The notes under the pieces are model-generated. The model did not search any database and was not told where the DNA came from. It was given only the letters and a program-made list of their open reading frames with translations. DNA of 64,000 bases from Nemertoderma westbladi (Eukaryota > Animalia > Xenacoelomorpha). The position numbers and the translations under genes are program-made. The DNA lies in NCBI GenBank assembly GCA_032718475.1, contig JAUCBJ010006587.1, positions 65,640 through 129,639 on the forward strand, given 5' to 3'. Positions 35,188-47,704 of this stretch are shown in pieces; position 1 is the stretch's first letter, and each line of letters opens with the position of its first letter.

Positions 35188-38100
35188 ATGTCTGACACAA
35201 CCCAATCACTGTCGGATAGTCTCCTAGATAGTGTTAGAATGACTGTTAGACAGTGTCTTAAAAGGATCAGTGACCCAGATCCAAGTATAGAACATCCTAG
35301 ATCCAAGTCTAAGTCCCCTCCTACTGTAAGAAAGGCCATCCCTACAGTAGTAGTGTCAGACCCTAGACTAGTAGAACATCGTAGGTCTATCATAGGCACT
35401 CAAGCTCAGGTCAAGCGGGACCAAGAAGCAGCGGAACAGCAACAACCCGCGAGCCAAGAATTTATTTCTCAGCGGCCCGACAGCTCCAGTAGCGAGGATA
35501 CTGTAGAGCTGACACCCGAGCGCGGAGCAAGGATGACGGATGCGGTTTATTCGGATCCCCTTCTCATCCTTCCTGCAGCCGTACTCACTAGGTTATTGAT
35601 TGCGGTGGAAGAACACCAGATCCATTGGGCGAGAAGTAAGCGATCAACTAAAGATAGTTATGCGGGATACACAAGGGAAGAACTGAAGTCTATGGTCGAG
35701 TCGCAATGGAACTTCCCCGGACCCGGACTCCCGTTTGATTTATCAGAAGCTGCCTGGGAAGACATACACCGGATGGGAGTAGCCAAGGAAACCATCGATC
35801 CAGCTGTGTGGAAGAGGTCCGCAGCCGGATACGCACAGGGATTCTTCAGCTCTATGGAGCGAGTAAAAGAACAACTGTTTCAACAACCTCAAGGACCTCA
35901 AGAGCAGGGACAACTGCTTTATCAAGTTAGAGAGAGAATTCTGCGAATTAGGCTAATCTTATCGGCCTTTGAGGAGGCTTCTAAAAGAAGACAAGACACG
36001 TCGTTGCAAGTTGCCGTAAAGACTTGGTTTCAACGGGTGAGTCTCCAAGTTCAAGGAACGGCTCAGTGGAAAGCTCAGCTGGAGGAGCGCTCAACCCATG
36101 GAGAATCAACAGACGCTACTTTTTCCCAAGTGGAAAGTGAAGCGACGGCAGAGAACCCGCATAAGAGGGATGCCATTGATATCTATCTGTCAGACTATCA
36201 ACGTTTCTTAGGTGATGAAGAGTTGAGGAGAAGGTTGGATGGACTTAACCCTAATAGTGAAGGAGCACAGCGTGTGCTTGACGCCATCGACGTGGATAGG
36301 TTAGCGGCGAACCACGCTAAATTCGATGAACAACTCCGCATCGCTAGAGACCAAGAAGAAAAGGTGAAGAAAAAAGGCATAGAAGACAGAAAGAAAGCAG
36401 CAGTAGCAGCTGCAGAAGCCGAAAGGAAAGCAGCCGAAGAGGAAAGTAAAGCAGCCGAAATGGAAAGAAAAGCGGCAGCGGCAGAGGCAGAAGCGAAAAG
36501 AAAGGCGGCAGCGGCAGAGGCAGAAGCGAAAAGAAAAGCAGCCGAAATGGAAAGAAAAGCGGCAATGGCAGCGGCAGAAGCGGAGCGGATAGCGGCTGAA
36601 GAGATCGCCCAATTAGAATTGGAAAATATTCAGGAGAATCAAGACTGCATAAATAAACAGTTAACAGCTAGTAATATGCAGATGATGAATCGATCTACTC
36701 CCAAAAGACAGGGATATACATCATCTGAGGAAGGCGATACCACCGATACTGAAGGCAAAGGAAATAGATCTCACCTAAGCAGACGTAAAAGAACATCCCA
36801 CCGTCAGAAATTGCCTGATTTGCCTCCAGCTGTTAGAAGGCAACTAAATAACACCAACTTAGGTAGTACAGAACCCACAGACCAAATAATTACAATAGAG
36901 AGACTCCCTACTATAGTAGATGAGCCTGAAATAATTAGGCCTGTTCCCGAAGCTACCCTTTCGGTGGTAGAGACACCTGTACTCCCTGAACCTACCTCTA
37001 AATTCCCTTTGCACAGTACTAAGCTACCTGTGCCCAGCAGAACAGCCCATGAGACAGTTCATGCCCTGGACTCCGAGCGAAATATTCATGATTTGTCGCC
37101 CGTTGTCCCTCGTCCGCCCGCTACAACGTTGGCGAATCCCGCTTCGGCGGTCGAATGGGTGGATGAGAGACGACGGGGGATGGATCTCCTGCTCGGACAG
37201 ATGCAGGAGACCGTTCAGCAATTCAAGGGCACAGTAAGGGAAAGTAGGCTAGAGTTGCAAGAAGTGCAGCAAAGTATCGCGCTAGAACGCGATAAATTAG
37301 TAAATACACAAAAGGGTATACCACCACCCCCTGTAACAATGTGTCAACCTGTTAGGTCTGAAGTATCTCATGCGCAAGGTGTGGAGCCTACACGCATCTA
37401 TACTGCTAGCGAAGTAGAAACTCCTATAGTGAACCCTATTAAGGGTAATTATAGACCTGTTGATAATGATATTCCCTATAGACCGGATCATAATCTGAGA
37501 AATTTATATACCGATAACTCGATATTAAATAACACGATGGCCCAAGAAAGTTTTACGCGTCAAATGGCTAGAACCGAAGCCTGGCAAGCGGTAAAGGTGG
37601 GAGAGATCGTCAAGTTCAATGGAGATGAGATGAAATGGTTACCTTTTAATGAATATTACAAAGATAACATACAGAACTCTGTACTATCTAATGGAGAGAA
37701 ACTTAGATTCCTCATCGAGTGCTTGGAAGGATCTCCCAAGTTAATGGCGTTAAAGTTTATTGGACATCCAGACGGATTAAGACAAGTTTGGGATACACTA
37801 AACATCAGGTATGGTAATAGGAATAACATAGCTAGGTATTTGTATGCAAAATTAATGGTGCCCCGAAAGTTTCTTAGCAGCGGGATTATAGAGTTTTCCG
37901 ATGAGATTCAGGAGATCTGTAGACAATTAGATTGGCTAGGTAAGTCTCATGTATACCAGAATTCTATGGTTGTAGGAGCCTTAGCATCTACTTTGCCCAA
38001 GGGTGGAGTAGGTACACGCTGGGACAAGAAAGTGTTATATATGATGGAACAACAACGACGAGACCCTACCATGGCTGATCTCATGTCATTCTTAGATGGA

Positions 38101-38724
38101 GAAGTGAAATTACAGCTCCTAAGGCAGTCCAGAGAGAAGACACTGGAAAACAAGGTAAGTGAGAAACCCGTTTCTAGGAGAAGGGTAACACCAGTGTGTT
38201 ATACAGACGACGGCGAAAGCCAGACTTCTCAAGGAGAGGATAGCGGGAAAGACACTGAAAGATCTTATTATGTCAATAAAACGCCTAAAGACCAGGTAAG
38301 TAAATTCAAGTCTCGAACCAATGACAGGAGAGAACAGGTAAGAAAAACTCCTCCTACGTCTCCCAAGAGAATTCAGGTGAGAAAGCCCGAGGAAAGAACG
38401 AACGTGCACCACACAGCACATGTTAAAGTAAGTAACATCAAGCCCAAATGTGTGCTGTGCGATGGGCCCCACCGTTTAAGTGCGTGTGATGAATTCCTGA
38501 GGAAATCACTAAAGGACAGACGTGAAGTCATGTGGGATAAGCGGTTGTGTTATAATTGCCTCAGACGAGGACACCAACGGCGAACCTGTTACTCCGACGT
38601 AAGGTGTGCAAAGTGCGGCGCGAAACATCATATCTTGTTGCACACGGAATTCGAACGAAACAGCCCGAGTCAGGTAAGTGAGTCCGAACTACATGTCCAA
38701 TTCAGTGATGTGAACGACACTTGA
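35188..38724 (+). CDS. gag: Element B Gag (1178 aa) with three zinc knuckles
   Basis: Long ORF. Ends at a 1-bp insertion (gacacttgacc vs gacactgacc in A) that separates it from the protease. Confidence 0.9.
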   Translation: MSDTTQSLSDSLLDSVRMTVRQCLKRISDPDPSIEHPRSKSKSPPTVRKAIPTVVVSDPRLVEHRRSIIGTQAQVKRDQEAAEQQQPASQEFISQRPDSSSSEDTVELTPERGARMTDAVYSDPLLILPAAVLTRLLIAVEEHQIHWARSKRSTKDSYAGYTREELKSMVESQWNFPGPGLPFDLSEAAWEDIHRMGVAKETIDPAVWKRSAAGYAQGFFSSMERVKEQLFQQPQGPQEQGQLLYQVRERILRIRLILSAFEEASKRRQDTSLQVAVKTWFQRVSLQVQGTAQWKAQLEERSTHGESTDATFSQVESEATAENPHKRDAIDIYLSDYQRFLGDEELRRRLDGLNPNSEGAQRVLDAIDVDRLAANHAKFDEQLRIARDQEEKVKKKGIEDRKKAAVAAAEAERKAAEEESKAAEMERKAAAAEAEAKRKAAAAEAEAKRKAAEMERKAAMAAAEAERIAAEEIAQLELENIQENQDCINKQLTASNMQMMNRSTPKRQGYTSSEEGDTTDTEGKGNRSHLSRRKRTSHRQKLPDLPPAVRRQLNNTNLGSTEPTDQIITIERLPTIVDEPEIIRPVPEATLSVVETPVLPEPTSKFPLHSTKLPVPSRTAHETVHALDSERNIHDLSPVVPRPPATTLANPASAVEWVDERRRGMDLLLGQMQETVQQFKGTVRESRLELQEVQQSIALERDKLVNTQKGIPPPPVTMCQPVRSEVSHAQGVEPTRIYTASEVETPIVNPIKGNYRPVDNDIPYRPDHNLRNLYTDNSILNNTMAQESFTRQMARTEAWQAVKVGEIVKFNGDEMKWLPFNEYYKDNIQNSVLSNGEKLRFLIECLEGSPKLMALKFIGHPDGLRQVWDTLNIRYGNRNNIARYLYAKLMVPRKFLSSGIIEFSDEIQEICRQLDWLGKSHVYQNSMVVGALASTLPKGGVGTRWDKKVLYMMEQQRRDPTMADLMSFLDGEVKLQLLRQSREKTLENKVSEKPVSRRRVTPVCYTDDGESQTSQGEDSGKDTERSYYVNKTPKDQVSKFKSRTNDRREQVRKTPPTSPKRIQVRKPEERTNVHHTAHVKVSNIKPKCVLCDGPHRLSACDEFLRKSLKDRREVMWDKRLCYNCLRRGHQRRTCYSDVRCAKCGAKHHILLHTEFERNSPSQVSESELHVQFSDVNDT

Positions 38725-38737
38725 CCAATATTCTGAG

Positions 38738-39880
38738 ATGGAAGGATTCTATACGGACGAATTCTCCGACGAAAACGAATCCTGTTACCTAACAAATACC
38801 GCAGTGTATCGAGCACTTACGTATGAAAAAGACACCGACAGCGAGCCCCCCCTAACTACTTCTGACAGACAACCATCTTGGAAAGCACCACCTTCCAATG
38901 TAGGAATCCGAGAATTTCCTGTAGTACAGGTAAGGGTCCACGGACCTAAAAGGAGTTATGAAGTGAACGCCCTCCTTGACTCCGGTAGTACAGGAACATT
39001 CATCGACAAAGAACTAGCCGAAGACATCTTTGCTGGACAACCCAAGTTCCGAACTAAGCTAAACATGTCAGGAATTATGCAGGTTTGGAAATCTACAGTA
39101 ATCGCAGATTATTATGTAGGTGCGTTGTCCACCCCCCAGGATGAACTAGGAGAACAGAGCATAAGGTCAGTAAAAATGTTAGCGATAAAGAACTTCGCGA
39201 CCAGCCAAGTGGAACCTTATAACTGGGATGAGGACGATTTCACCCAGCAGTTTGAAATACCTAGATTCAACACCGATTACCCTGGAGTCCAAATACTCAT
39301 CGGTCAAAATGCGCATGAAGCGCTCGAGACATTGGAGAAACGGCCTGCTCAACCGCAACCTCTACAAGTTTATGCGGGAGGAACTAGAGTAGGTTGGTAC
39401 TTTACTGGCCCTTCTCGTAGAACTCTTATGGAAAGATTACCAAAAGAACAGGTATATCAATTAAGTGAATGGGAAGTGGAGAGCAGTGAAGTTGACGACC
39501 CAACTGAGGGAACACCATACTCCTCAGATAATGACGACATCAACTCCAATGTAGATCAATGGAGACATTGCCCCGAGACGATTAATCTAGCCGACATCGC
39601 TTCCAGAGGAGCAACTCCTCAAGAACTTACAGATACTCCAGACCGGTTAGGTGGACCCGACTTCCTAAGTAAAGAAGATGAATGGCCTCCTCATCTTACC
39701 ACGGTGAAGATTAGACAGGCCAAGGGAGCGGAGAAAGTAACACAACCACTCAATCGCCCAGCTGGTCGTTTATGTTTACCGGAAAGAGACCGAAAACTGT
39801 CCGGAAACTATGGAAGGCAAGATACTCTTCCCACGACCACCTCCCTAATCCAAAAAATATCTAGGGACTCCATAACGTGA
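38738..39880 (+). CDS. Element B aspartic protease plus deleted-pol remnant (frameshifted from gag)
   Basis: ALLDSGST motif; collinear with the end of the A ORF 26002-28248. Confidence 0.85.
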   Translation: MEGFYTDEFSDENESCYLTNTAVYRALTYEKDTDSEPPLTTSDRQPSWKAPPSNVGIREFPVVQVRVHGPKRSYEVNALLDSGSTGTFIDKELAEDIFAGQPKFRTKLNMSGIMQVWKSTVIADYYVGALSTPQDELGEQSIRSVKMLAIKNFATSQVEPYNWDEDDFTQQFEIPRFNTDYPGVQILIGQNAHEALETLEKRPAQPQPLQVYAGGTRVGWYFTGPSRRTLMERLPKEQVYQLSEWEVESSEVDDPTEGTPYSSDNDDINSNVDQWRHCPETINLADIASRGATPQELTDTPDRLGGPDFLSKEDEWPPHLTTVKIRQAKGAEKVTQPLNRPAGRLCLPERDRKLSGNYGRQDTLPTTTSLIQKISRDSIT

Positions 39881-41522
39881 CAACATACGGAGTGGGTGTG
39901 TGACTATATTATTTTATATTTATTTTTATTATTTTATATTATGTATGTATTATTATGTAATTTTATTATAATCGTTTTCTTTAATTTTATTTAGTAGAAT
40001 GTTATTTAGTGATTATTTAGTAGATTAGTGCAATATATTAGTGTTTATTACTTAATTACTTATATATTATATTTAATGCGACGGCGAGAAATAATTCTTT
40101 TTCTCCTTCCTTACTGTCCGTATTACATTACAAATACGTAACTACAGTAAGATGAAATGTCCGTACTTATTAAAGTACAATAAAGCCACTACTATATTCA
40201 AGTATTATTGGTAGGCAGGGTATTAGGAATGCAAAGTTCAGATCCTCGTGTCTCGGCTAAACCAAGCTCTGGGTAGACCTTGGAAACGACTTGCCTCTTC
40301 ACACTGACATTGCTTCGTGCGATATTGCTCTCATACCGTATATTAAATAATACATATAGTAGCGTGATGTCCCTTTAACAGTAGCGTATAACGCAAATAA
40401 ATCTGTTAAACCCTTTGATCATATGTAATTCTAGTCGATTAAGATATCGTGGCACCCACCGATACGCTTGAAAGACAAATTTCTAGAATCAATGGTTAAC
40501 GTCCCCAGACAAGTTCTGGAATAAACTGGTGCCCATCCTAAATATTAATTATTAATATTTACAAAAATCTGTCAAATATCAGATCCTTTAAAATTCTAGT
40601 CGATTAAGATATCGTAGCACTTACCGATGCTCTTAAAAGGACAAAATTCCGAGAATCAAGGATCCCAGTCCCCAGACACGTTCTGGAATAAAATTGTGTC
40701 TATTTAACATTAAATAATAAAATTTACGGGAATAAATTTAAATTCATACTTTAATGAATTTAATAAATTGCAATTTTATACAATTTATAACATTCCCAAA
40801 ATTCCATTAATTAATAGATCATGGGAGCGGAGATTCACTATATTAAGTGTATTTGTGTGTGAGAATCTCCAATGTATAGTCAATAGCCGATAAAATTCAT
40901 AAAATCATATATAGAGAGGATATTGACAATTAAAGAATTACTATTAAATAGCATCCCAGATCTGTATGCATGAGAATTACCCTAATTCTACCGCTAGCTT
41001 TCCATAATGTCACCATGGCAACAACCACGCTAGAATTAGAAGTGAGTTAAAAGAACAATAAAGGGCTTGCGTATTGAATAGCATACGGAATAAATAGCAC
41101 ACCGCTAGTATCCAAGGATACATAATAACAACGTGACATTCTGGAAGGCACTTGACTAACGGACAAATGACCCAAATGTGTGATAGAATGTGTACCATTT
41201 GTGACTGTTACGTGGAATTTGTGCGTTTGTAGGTGAATGTTACTACTAAGGTGTGTTTACAGTAGCGAGTCGCAATTGTGAAAGTAACCCTAACTCTCCA
41301 GTAAGAACCTGAAGTATATCTAAGCCTTTGGGACGGACGGTGGAGTGGCTCGTGCTGGTTGTTGTAGTCGTTGTGCAGCTACGACGTTGGCGATAGGCAC
41401 ATCGGCGAAAGTACACCAGCGCTGAGGATCTCGCACTGTCCGGGGGCAGATAGGGGTAGGCAGCGACGCCCGCTCGCCTAAATATAAACTCATTATAATA
41501 TGGATAAACTTATATAGCAGAT

Positions 41523-43047
41523 ATGATTGAGTTGATAGAGATGATCTTGGTATCAGGGAACGATATACTCTACCTTTACAAGCGTTTGTTGATAGCTTGA
41601 TACGCGGCGACGCTGGTCCAACTACTACGGAGGACGATGGTCGTTATATCTAACTGCCAATGTCCCGGGAGCAACTTGCGCGTGGGTTAGACTGTAGAAA
41701 ATTCACCGCTCGCTATACGCATCGTAATGGTACGTATATGGACTTCTTAACTACTGGTCATCCTATCGACCTACACGATACGAACGATATAGACACCAAA
41801 GGGAAATGGTTTATTTAAATATCATACCCAGCGGAAGCGGAACGATAAACTGAGACTCGAACACGAAAATTCTATTCGAAACCGACTCGAAAGTGCAGAT
41901 GTCGAAGAGCCGGATAAACGCAGCGACTCCACCAAATACCTGGAATTCTTGAGAGAAACCTATCTCGATATTACCAGTCAACAGAATCTAGAAACTCGAT
42001 ATCCTCAAGGTATACATCATGACCGCATGGTAGAACTCAAACGGCTCTATTCCACTATGATGTATCTTACCGCCGATCGATCGCTACCTGTTGTATCGGA
42101 TAGCTTCGAACGGATGGAGGAATATTGTAAGCTGGAGAAAGATCACTCGCGTTTCCCCTACAAGACGTGCGTTTTTGGTATTATTGCGAGGAATGCCCAA
42201 GACCCAACCAACAAACGGAAAGACATAAACATCCGCGGAGACGTTGCTTTAAACACGGTTTTACTCGCTATACTTACGGGAGTTTCGAGCGAAACTTGTT
42301 CGATGTATCACCTACGCTCGTTCGACTCAGACGATCCTTAAATAAACCAATGATCAGAGTTTCGGAATACTCGATCAGAACTCCTCATTCCCTAGTGAGA
42401 CTTCAGACTCTTGATCCTATTAGTATGACGGATCCTCCCGAGCTGTACTCACTGCTCAAAGATCTAGTGTTACCTGAACAATTAGTCGGTGGCACCCCAG
42501 TTGTGGGCTTCCTAGATACTAGCCCATTCTACCTAGCCGGATTGGGACGCGGACATTTAATATCGCCGTTTAACCCTTACCATCGTCCCGTCCCGGCTTA
42601 ACACGATATAACCTGTCACCAAAGTGGCGGAGAACGTTGTACCAAACGAGTTAAACGCTATTCTACAAAGATCAGAAAGGAAACCTGCGTTTGTTCAGAT
42701 AAACGTAAGTTGTAACAGCAAGTCCAAGCGATAAACGAATTGTCTTTATCTCAGTTCGATTGTAAAATCCAGAATCTCTAAGAAGATATCGAACTTAGGC
42801 AACCCCATTCTCTGCGAGAGTTTTTGGATGAACGTATCCAGCTACGAGCGGAGGAAAATCAGCTCGAGGAGAAGCATATCGAAACGGCGGATACCCCGAC
42901 CATAATCCTACACCTTCTGATGCAATCATATTGCACCCTTCACCCAGGATTTATAGCCCTCCTAGTAAAGTGGCTCGCCCCAAAGAGAAAAGGACTCTTG
43001 CTAGCCTCAAAAAACTGCGTAAACGCCGTCTGCGTAAGAAAGACTAA
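41523..43047 (+). pseudogene. Disrupted extra ORF of element B
   Basis: Homologous to A 29874-31396, with the same premature TAA (41651) and further frameshifts. Confidence 0.65.
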
Positions 43048-43125
43048 CTGTTTAGAGTATCTTTATATTTTAGAAACTGTGATTTGTTATATTTTATAGA
43101 CTTAAATCCCATTTTCTGGGAGCGG

Positions 43126-44293
43126 TGTAAAAGCTTTTGCGTAATTAGCCGGTTATTATCCCCGTAAAGTACTCTGTGGTTGGTTTACCAGGCATAAAAA
43201 GGCCGTGTCCTTGCTGTACTGGTGTTTTAGAGGACATAAAAGCCATTTCTTCTGTATTTGTACTTTAGAGGACATAATCCGCAATTTCGGGACGCAATAA
43301 GCTCGATACTCTTGAAAACAGTGTCGCTACCATGACGACGGCTAACAGCTGATATTGCCACGTCGACATTTCTTTGTTTCTTTGTTCTCTCGTTGTTCGG
43401 TCGACCAATCAGAGCGTTTTTTGTCTCTGTGTTGGAGGTGGATACAGAAACTCAGGAATTCAGTGTTATGTTTTTGCCCAGAGCCTAAGAACACCGGCTT
43501 TTGGCACCTCCGTGTTTCAGTCTTTAGTCTTACATTAGTAGGCTTAATTATAGAACGTATATCTGTTATCGAGTTACCTTATCAATGCAATTCAATGCTT
43601 ACTAAACATATCATGCATATCTTACTTAACATTACTGCTTTTGCTGTCGGTTATTCATTATATTTGTTGATGGAAGATTATATTTGGAATACTGATCAAT
43701 AGTCAGACACCCAACCTTCTTGATATACTAAAGGTTAGAGAGACCGGTTACAGATAAACGATTGCGACCTATGTTAAGTGGTTTGAAGTGAATCTAATGC
43801 TATTTTATAGGCCCTACATGTATTGTCTGTTATTCTCTTTGTATGTGACTAAAATTAGTGAAGGTCGGCAGATTGGTGTGCAGCATTGTGCAGCATTGTG
43901 TACGATTGTGACTGATAACAAAGCATCTCCTAAAGAATGCGCCATATACGTGAATCTATAGCCATCTCATTGCGTCTGGTTTAAGTCATAACTCTGTTTA
44001 CATATTTAGAGCGCCACGTCCTAAAGGAACTGTTAATATTTCCCGAAAGTGAATAATATTTGTCAGAGATTATATATTACGATCAGTCGAATAATACAGT
44101 AGGCTTACACCATCAATCATTAAGCTTCCGAATTCAGTCTCCCGGGTATATCCAGCGGGTGAATGATTGCGCATAGACTGGCTTCGGCTAATGTAGTGTA
44201 TCAAATACTCGTCATAGGCTAAAGACTATATATCATCTAAAAGACATCCTAATTTGGCAGGTTAAACTGTCAAAGGTCTTAAAAGCGCAAACA
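43126..44293 (+). repeat. 3' LTR of B
   Basis: TGTAAAAG...GCAAACA, preceded by the PPT. Confidence 0.95.
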
Positions 44294-44298
44294 GCGCC

Positions 44299-44578
44299 AC
44301 GTCCTAAAGGAACTGTTAATATTTCCCGAAAGTGAATAATATTTGTCAGAGATTATATATATTAAGATCAGTCGAATAATACAGTAGGCCTATCCCGCAA
44401 TACGATTAGGCTTCCGAATCCAGTCTCCCGGGTATATCCAGCGGGTGAATGATCGCGCATAGACTGGTTTCGGCTAATGTAGTGTATCAAATATTTGTCG
44501 TAGGCTAAAGACTATCTATTATCTAGAAGACATCCTAATTTGGCAGGTTAAACTGCTAAAGGTCTGAAAGCGCGAACA
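44299..44578 (+). repeat. 3' LTR of A, right part
   Basis: Matches 19723-20002; followed by TSD CACTC. Confidence 0.95.
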
Positions 44579-45812
44579 CACTCCGGTCCTAGGCCAACAC
44601 ACCAGTGCGCATATTACCAATTGGGGTGAATATTTAATTTCGATATTTATCATTTAAGGTACCCTTTAAAAGAAAGTAACAGGTTATGATGGCTCTAATC
44701 AACAGGGTGTCGAACGATTTTGACATGTTTTTTTCCCGGCCTTTTCCTTGTATTTCCAAGGTTCATTTGTGAATTGTCCCAGTTTAGATGACATAATATA
44801 ATACGTAAAAACATATTATAATTTGATTTTCACTTGACCTAAATTTCATGCCAAATTTCTTGAACGGAACTTCCTTTCCTATCAAATTATATGTTGTCAA
44901 AATTTTTTTATGTACAATCAAATACTAAACTCAGAGTCGTTTTAGCTCAGCTATCTCATCGATCAGCCTGTCTACTGTTTTAGCATAAAGTTTTAGCAAC
45001 AATTCACAACAAGTTTATCAATAAAAAACCTTTTATCAATAAAAAGGCTTGTGGGGCGAGACACGTATGGCGAGCCATCAGCGAACTGATATAATTATAC
45101 TATGGCCGTTTTTTAAAAGTCTGTGTGTGACGTGTGTGTGTGTGTGGTGTGTGTGTGTGTCGGTAGCCATAAATGTCGGAAGCCATAATCGAAGTTAATA
45201 TCTTCAGCTAAATTGTATGGTTGAGTCATTTTGAACGGTCTCTCCATGGAAATTAATTGTTTAGCACCATACGATTAAAGTTATTTTGCACTGAAATTAG
45301 ATATCTGGAATCCATGTACCCCATCCCATTATAGTTTTTTATTTTTTCAAGTGATATGCGTTAATACAGTAAATGTATTTTTAATTGATTTAAACATAAT
45401 TAACATTGTAAATTCATACGCTGATTCCATTCTCCCCCATAGAGCCTAAGGCATGGCAAGGGCAGCCGTGCCCAATAATATTTCTTGAAGTTTTACAGTT
45501 GGCAAGCTAAAGTCATTGGCCAAGCCAGTGCCTAGGCTAGTACACAAGGACATAGTAATCCAGGAGAAGGAATAGTGCTCCTTCAATACATCTCAACAGA
45601 CATCAATTCATTTGCCTGTGCCTACCAACGCGTGCTCTATAACATAACATATATTCTTGATTTCCATCACCTCTCACCACAATTATTATTAGTAATTAAA
45701 AGTTTCAATTCGATTTGTCTTTCCGTTATCTGGTTATTCAGTTATTGCATTATTAATAAATAAATGTTTTAAAATATATCTTACGAAATATGGTTAATAT
45801 TTAAAACTTGTC

Positions 45813-46348
45813 GCTAACATTCTCGCTATGGGGGTTTTAAGGAGTGCTGATTACATTTCTGATGTCAGTTTTCACGTTTACATAAATCTAGTCTGTCTGT
45901 CTGTCGGTCATTCTGTCAGTCAGTCTGTCAAAACTTAAAAGATAATTCAAATTAACTAACATTCTCGCTATGGGGGTTTTAAGGGGTGCTGATTTCATTT
46001 CTGATGTCAGTTTTCAGGTTTACATAAATCTAGTCTGTCTGTTTGTCGGTCTTTCTGTCAGTCAGTCTGTCAAAACTTAAAAAAGAATACAAACTAACTA
46101 ACATTCTCGTTATGGGGGTTTTGATGGGTGCTGATTTTATTTTAGATGTCAGTTTTCACGTTTAAAAAAATCTAGTCTGTCTGCCTGTCGGTCTTTCTGT
46201 CAGTCAGTCTGTGAAAACTTAAGAAAGTATACTAACTAACCAACATTCTCGCTATGGGGGTTTTAAGGGTTGCTGATTTCATTTCTGATGTCAGTTTATA
46301 CGTTTACATAAATCTAGTCTGCCTGGCTGTCGGTCTCTCTGTCAGTCT
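45813..46348. repeat. ~142-bp tandem repeat, about four copies
   Basis: aacattctcgctatgggggttttaagg...tctgatgtcagtttt...tctagtctgtctg recurs near 45815, 45957, 46099 and 46241. Confidence 0.9.
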
Positions 46349-46598
46349 GAACTACTGTACTGTGGTTGGCATTACGCCATATACCTAACACTAATAATAC
46401 AGTCTACAATACAGCCTATCTACAGTACAGAATGGATTTTTTGCCATGAAGAGCAATAAATGTCATTAATACTATCCACCAGTATACCTACTCCAAGAGC
46501 CTTCCAATAAAACATGTATTCCAGCATGACGTCCACTGCACGTCTTCGTGCTGTCCATGGTGACGTGCAGTGGACGTCATTAGGCTCTAAGGGGTTAA

Positions 46599-46972
46599 GC
46601 AACACGGTCCCTACTTCGCCCTGTCGACACCCCAGCCATTTTCCACCAATCCTTTTTTAGAGTTTATTAATTTTTTTGGTATTGGTGAAAGTTCTACAAC
46701 ATTAGTAAATATGTTTTTTATGATAGCTAGTGTTTTTTTGCTAGCTAGTATTTTTTGAAATTATAAAAAATGTGAAATCCATGATATTTCAGGTTAAACT
46801 GTTGAAGAATATATTAATGACCAAAATAATTTCCAAAAATTACTAGCTAGTAAAAAATACAAGCTATATACCATAAAAAATCTACTAAGGTTCTAGAACA
46901 TTCACTAATATAAAAAAGCACTCAAAATCACAAAAGAATAAAGGTTAAAAAACTCATTCGGGACCCTTTTGC
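46599..46972. mobile_element. TTAA-flanked MITE-like element 1 (imperfect TIRs gcaacacggtccc / gggacccttttgc)
   Basis: TTAA at 46595-46598 and 46973-46976. An inverted partial copy lies at 60816-60994. Confidence 0.55.
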
Positions 46973-47704
46973 TTAAGGAGTCAAAATTGTAGAACAAATT
47001 CCCGAAGTTTGCGACGTTTGCGAAATTCGCGAAGAATTCGTCAGTTTCTGTGCCCTAATGGTTTCGTGACGAAACAATCAAATCTTACACACTTAACACA
47101 CACGAACTAATTTAATGTGGGTATTAGTATGCCTGAATAATTAAATAGAAATTAAATTAATGAACGCTATTACAACATGAAATCTACGGAATCAATACAC
47201 AACACACGCACACTACTGAATTTAAAAATTTATATAGATTGCAACTTATATTTGGCTACCTTTTAATGGGTGATTAATTTAATTATTATTAAAACTCAAT
47301 TATTAAAACTCTCTGTCAGCGTCTAGTAATGCACTTTGTGGGGTCTTCGAGCAGCACGTGTTCAAATGTTCAATGAATGAACAGCGACTAATTAACAAAT
47401 TTATGAGAGACTCATTGACCAGCTACCGACAGACCAATATTGTGACATATATTTTAGTTTAATGTTTGATTCAATTAGAGGCACAAATTAAAAAGGCTAC
47501 AAATATATAAGGGTGAATAATTAAATTAGTCACCCATTGGGCCTAAAAGGTAGCCAAATATAAGTTGCAATCTATATAAATTTTTAAATTCAGTAGTGTG
47601 CATGTGTTGTGTATTGATTCCGTAGATTTCATGTTGTAATAGCGTTCATTAATTTAATTTCTATTTAATTATTCAGGCATACTAATACCCACATTAAATT
47701 AGTT

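Larger units (their letters stand above)
32347..44293 (+). mobile_element. BEL/Pao copy B (non-autonomous), nested in the 3' LTR of A
   Basis: 1168-bp LTRs, TSD GCGCC (32342-32346, 44294-44298), same pol deletions as A. Confidence 0.95.
18851..44578 (+). mobile_element. BEL/Pao LTR retrotransposon copy A (non-autonomous, gag-protease only), with nested RTE LINE and nested copy B
   Basis: TGT...ACA LTRs of 1152 bp, 5-bp TSD CACTC (18846-18850, 44579-44583), three BEL-type zinc knuckles, protease ALLDSGST. Confidence 0.95.

Noticed and set aside
38715-38740. Programmed gag-pro frameshift in B
   Set aside because: A and C are continuous here; it is a 1-bp insertion (mutation or sequencing error) with no slippery site.
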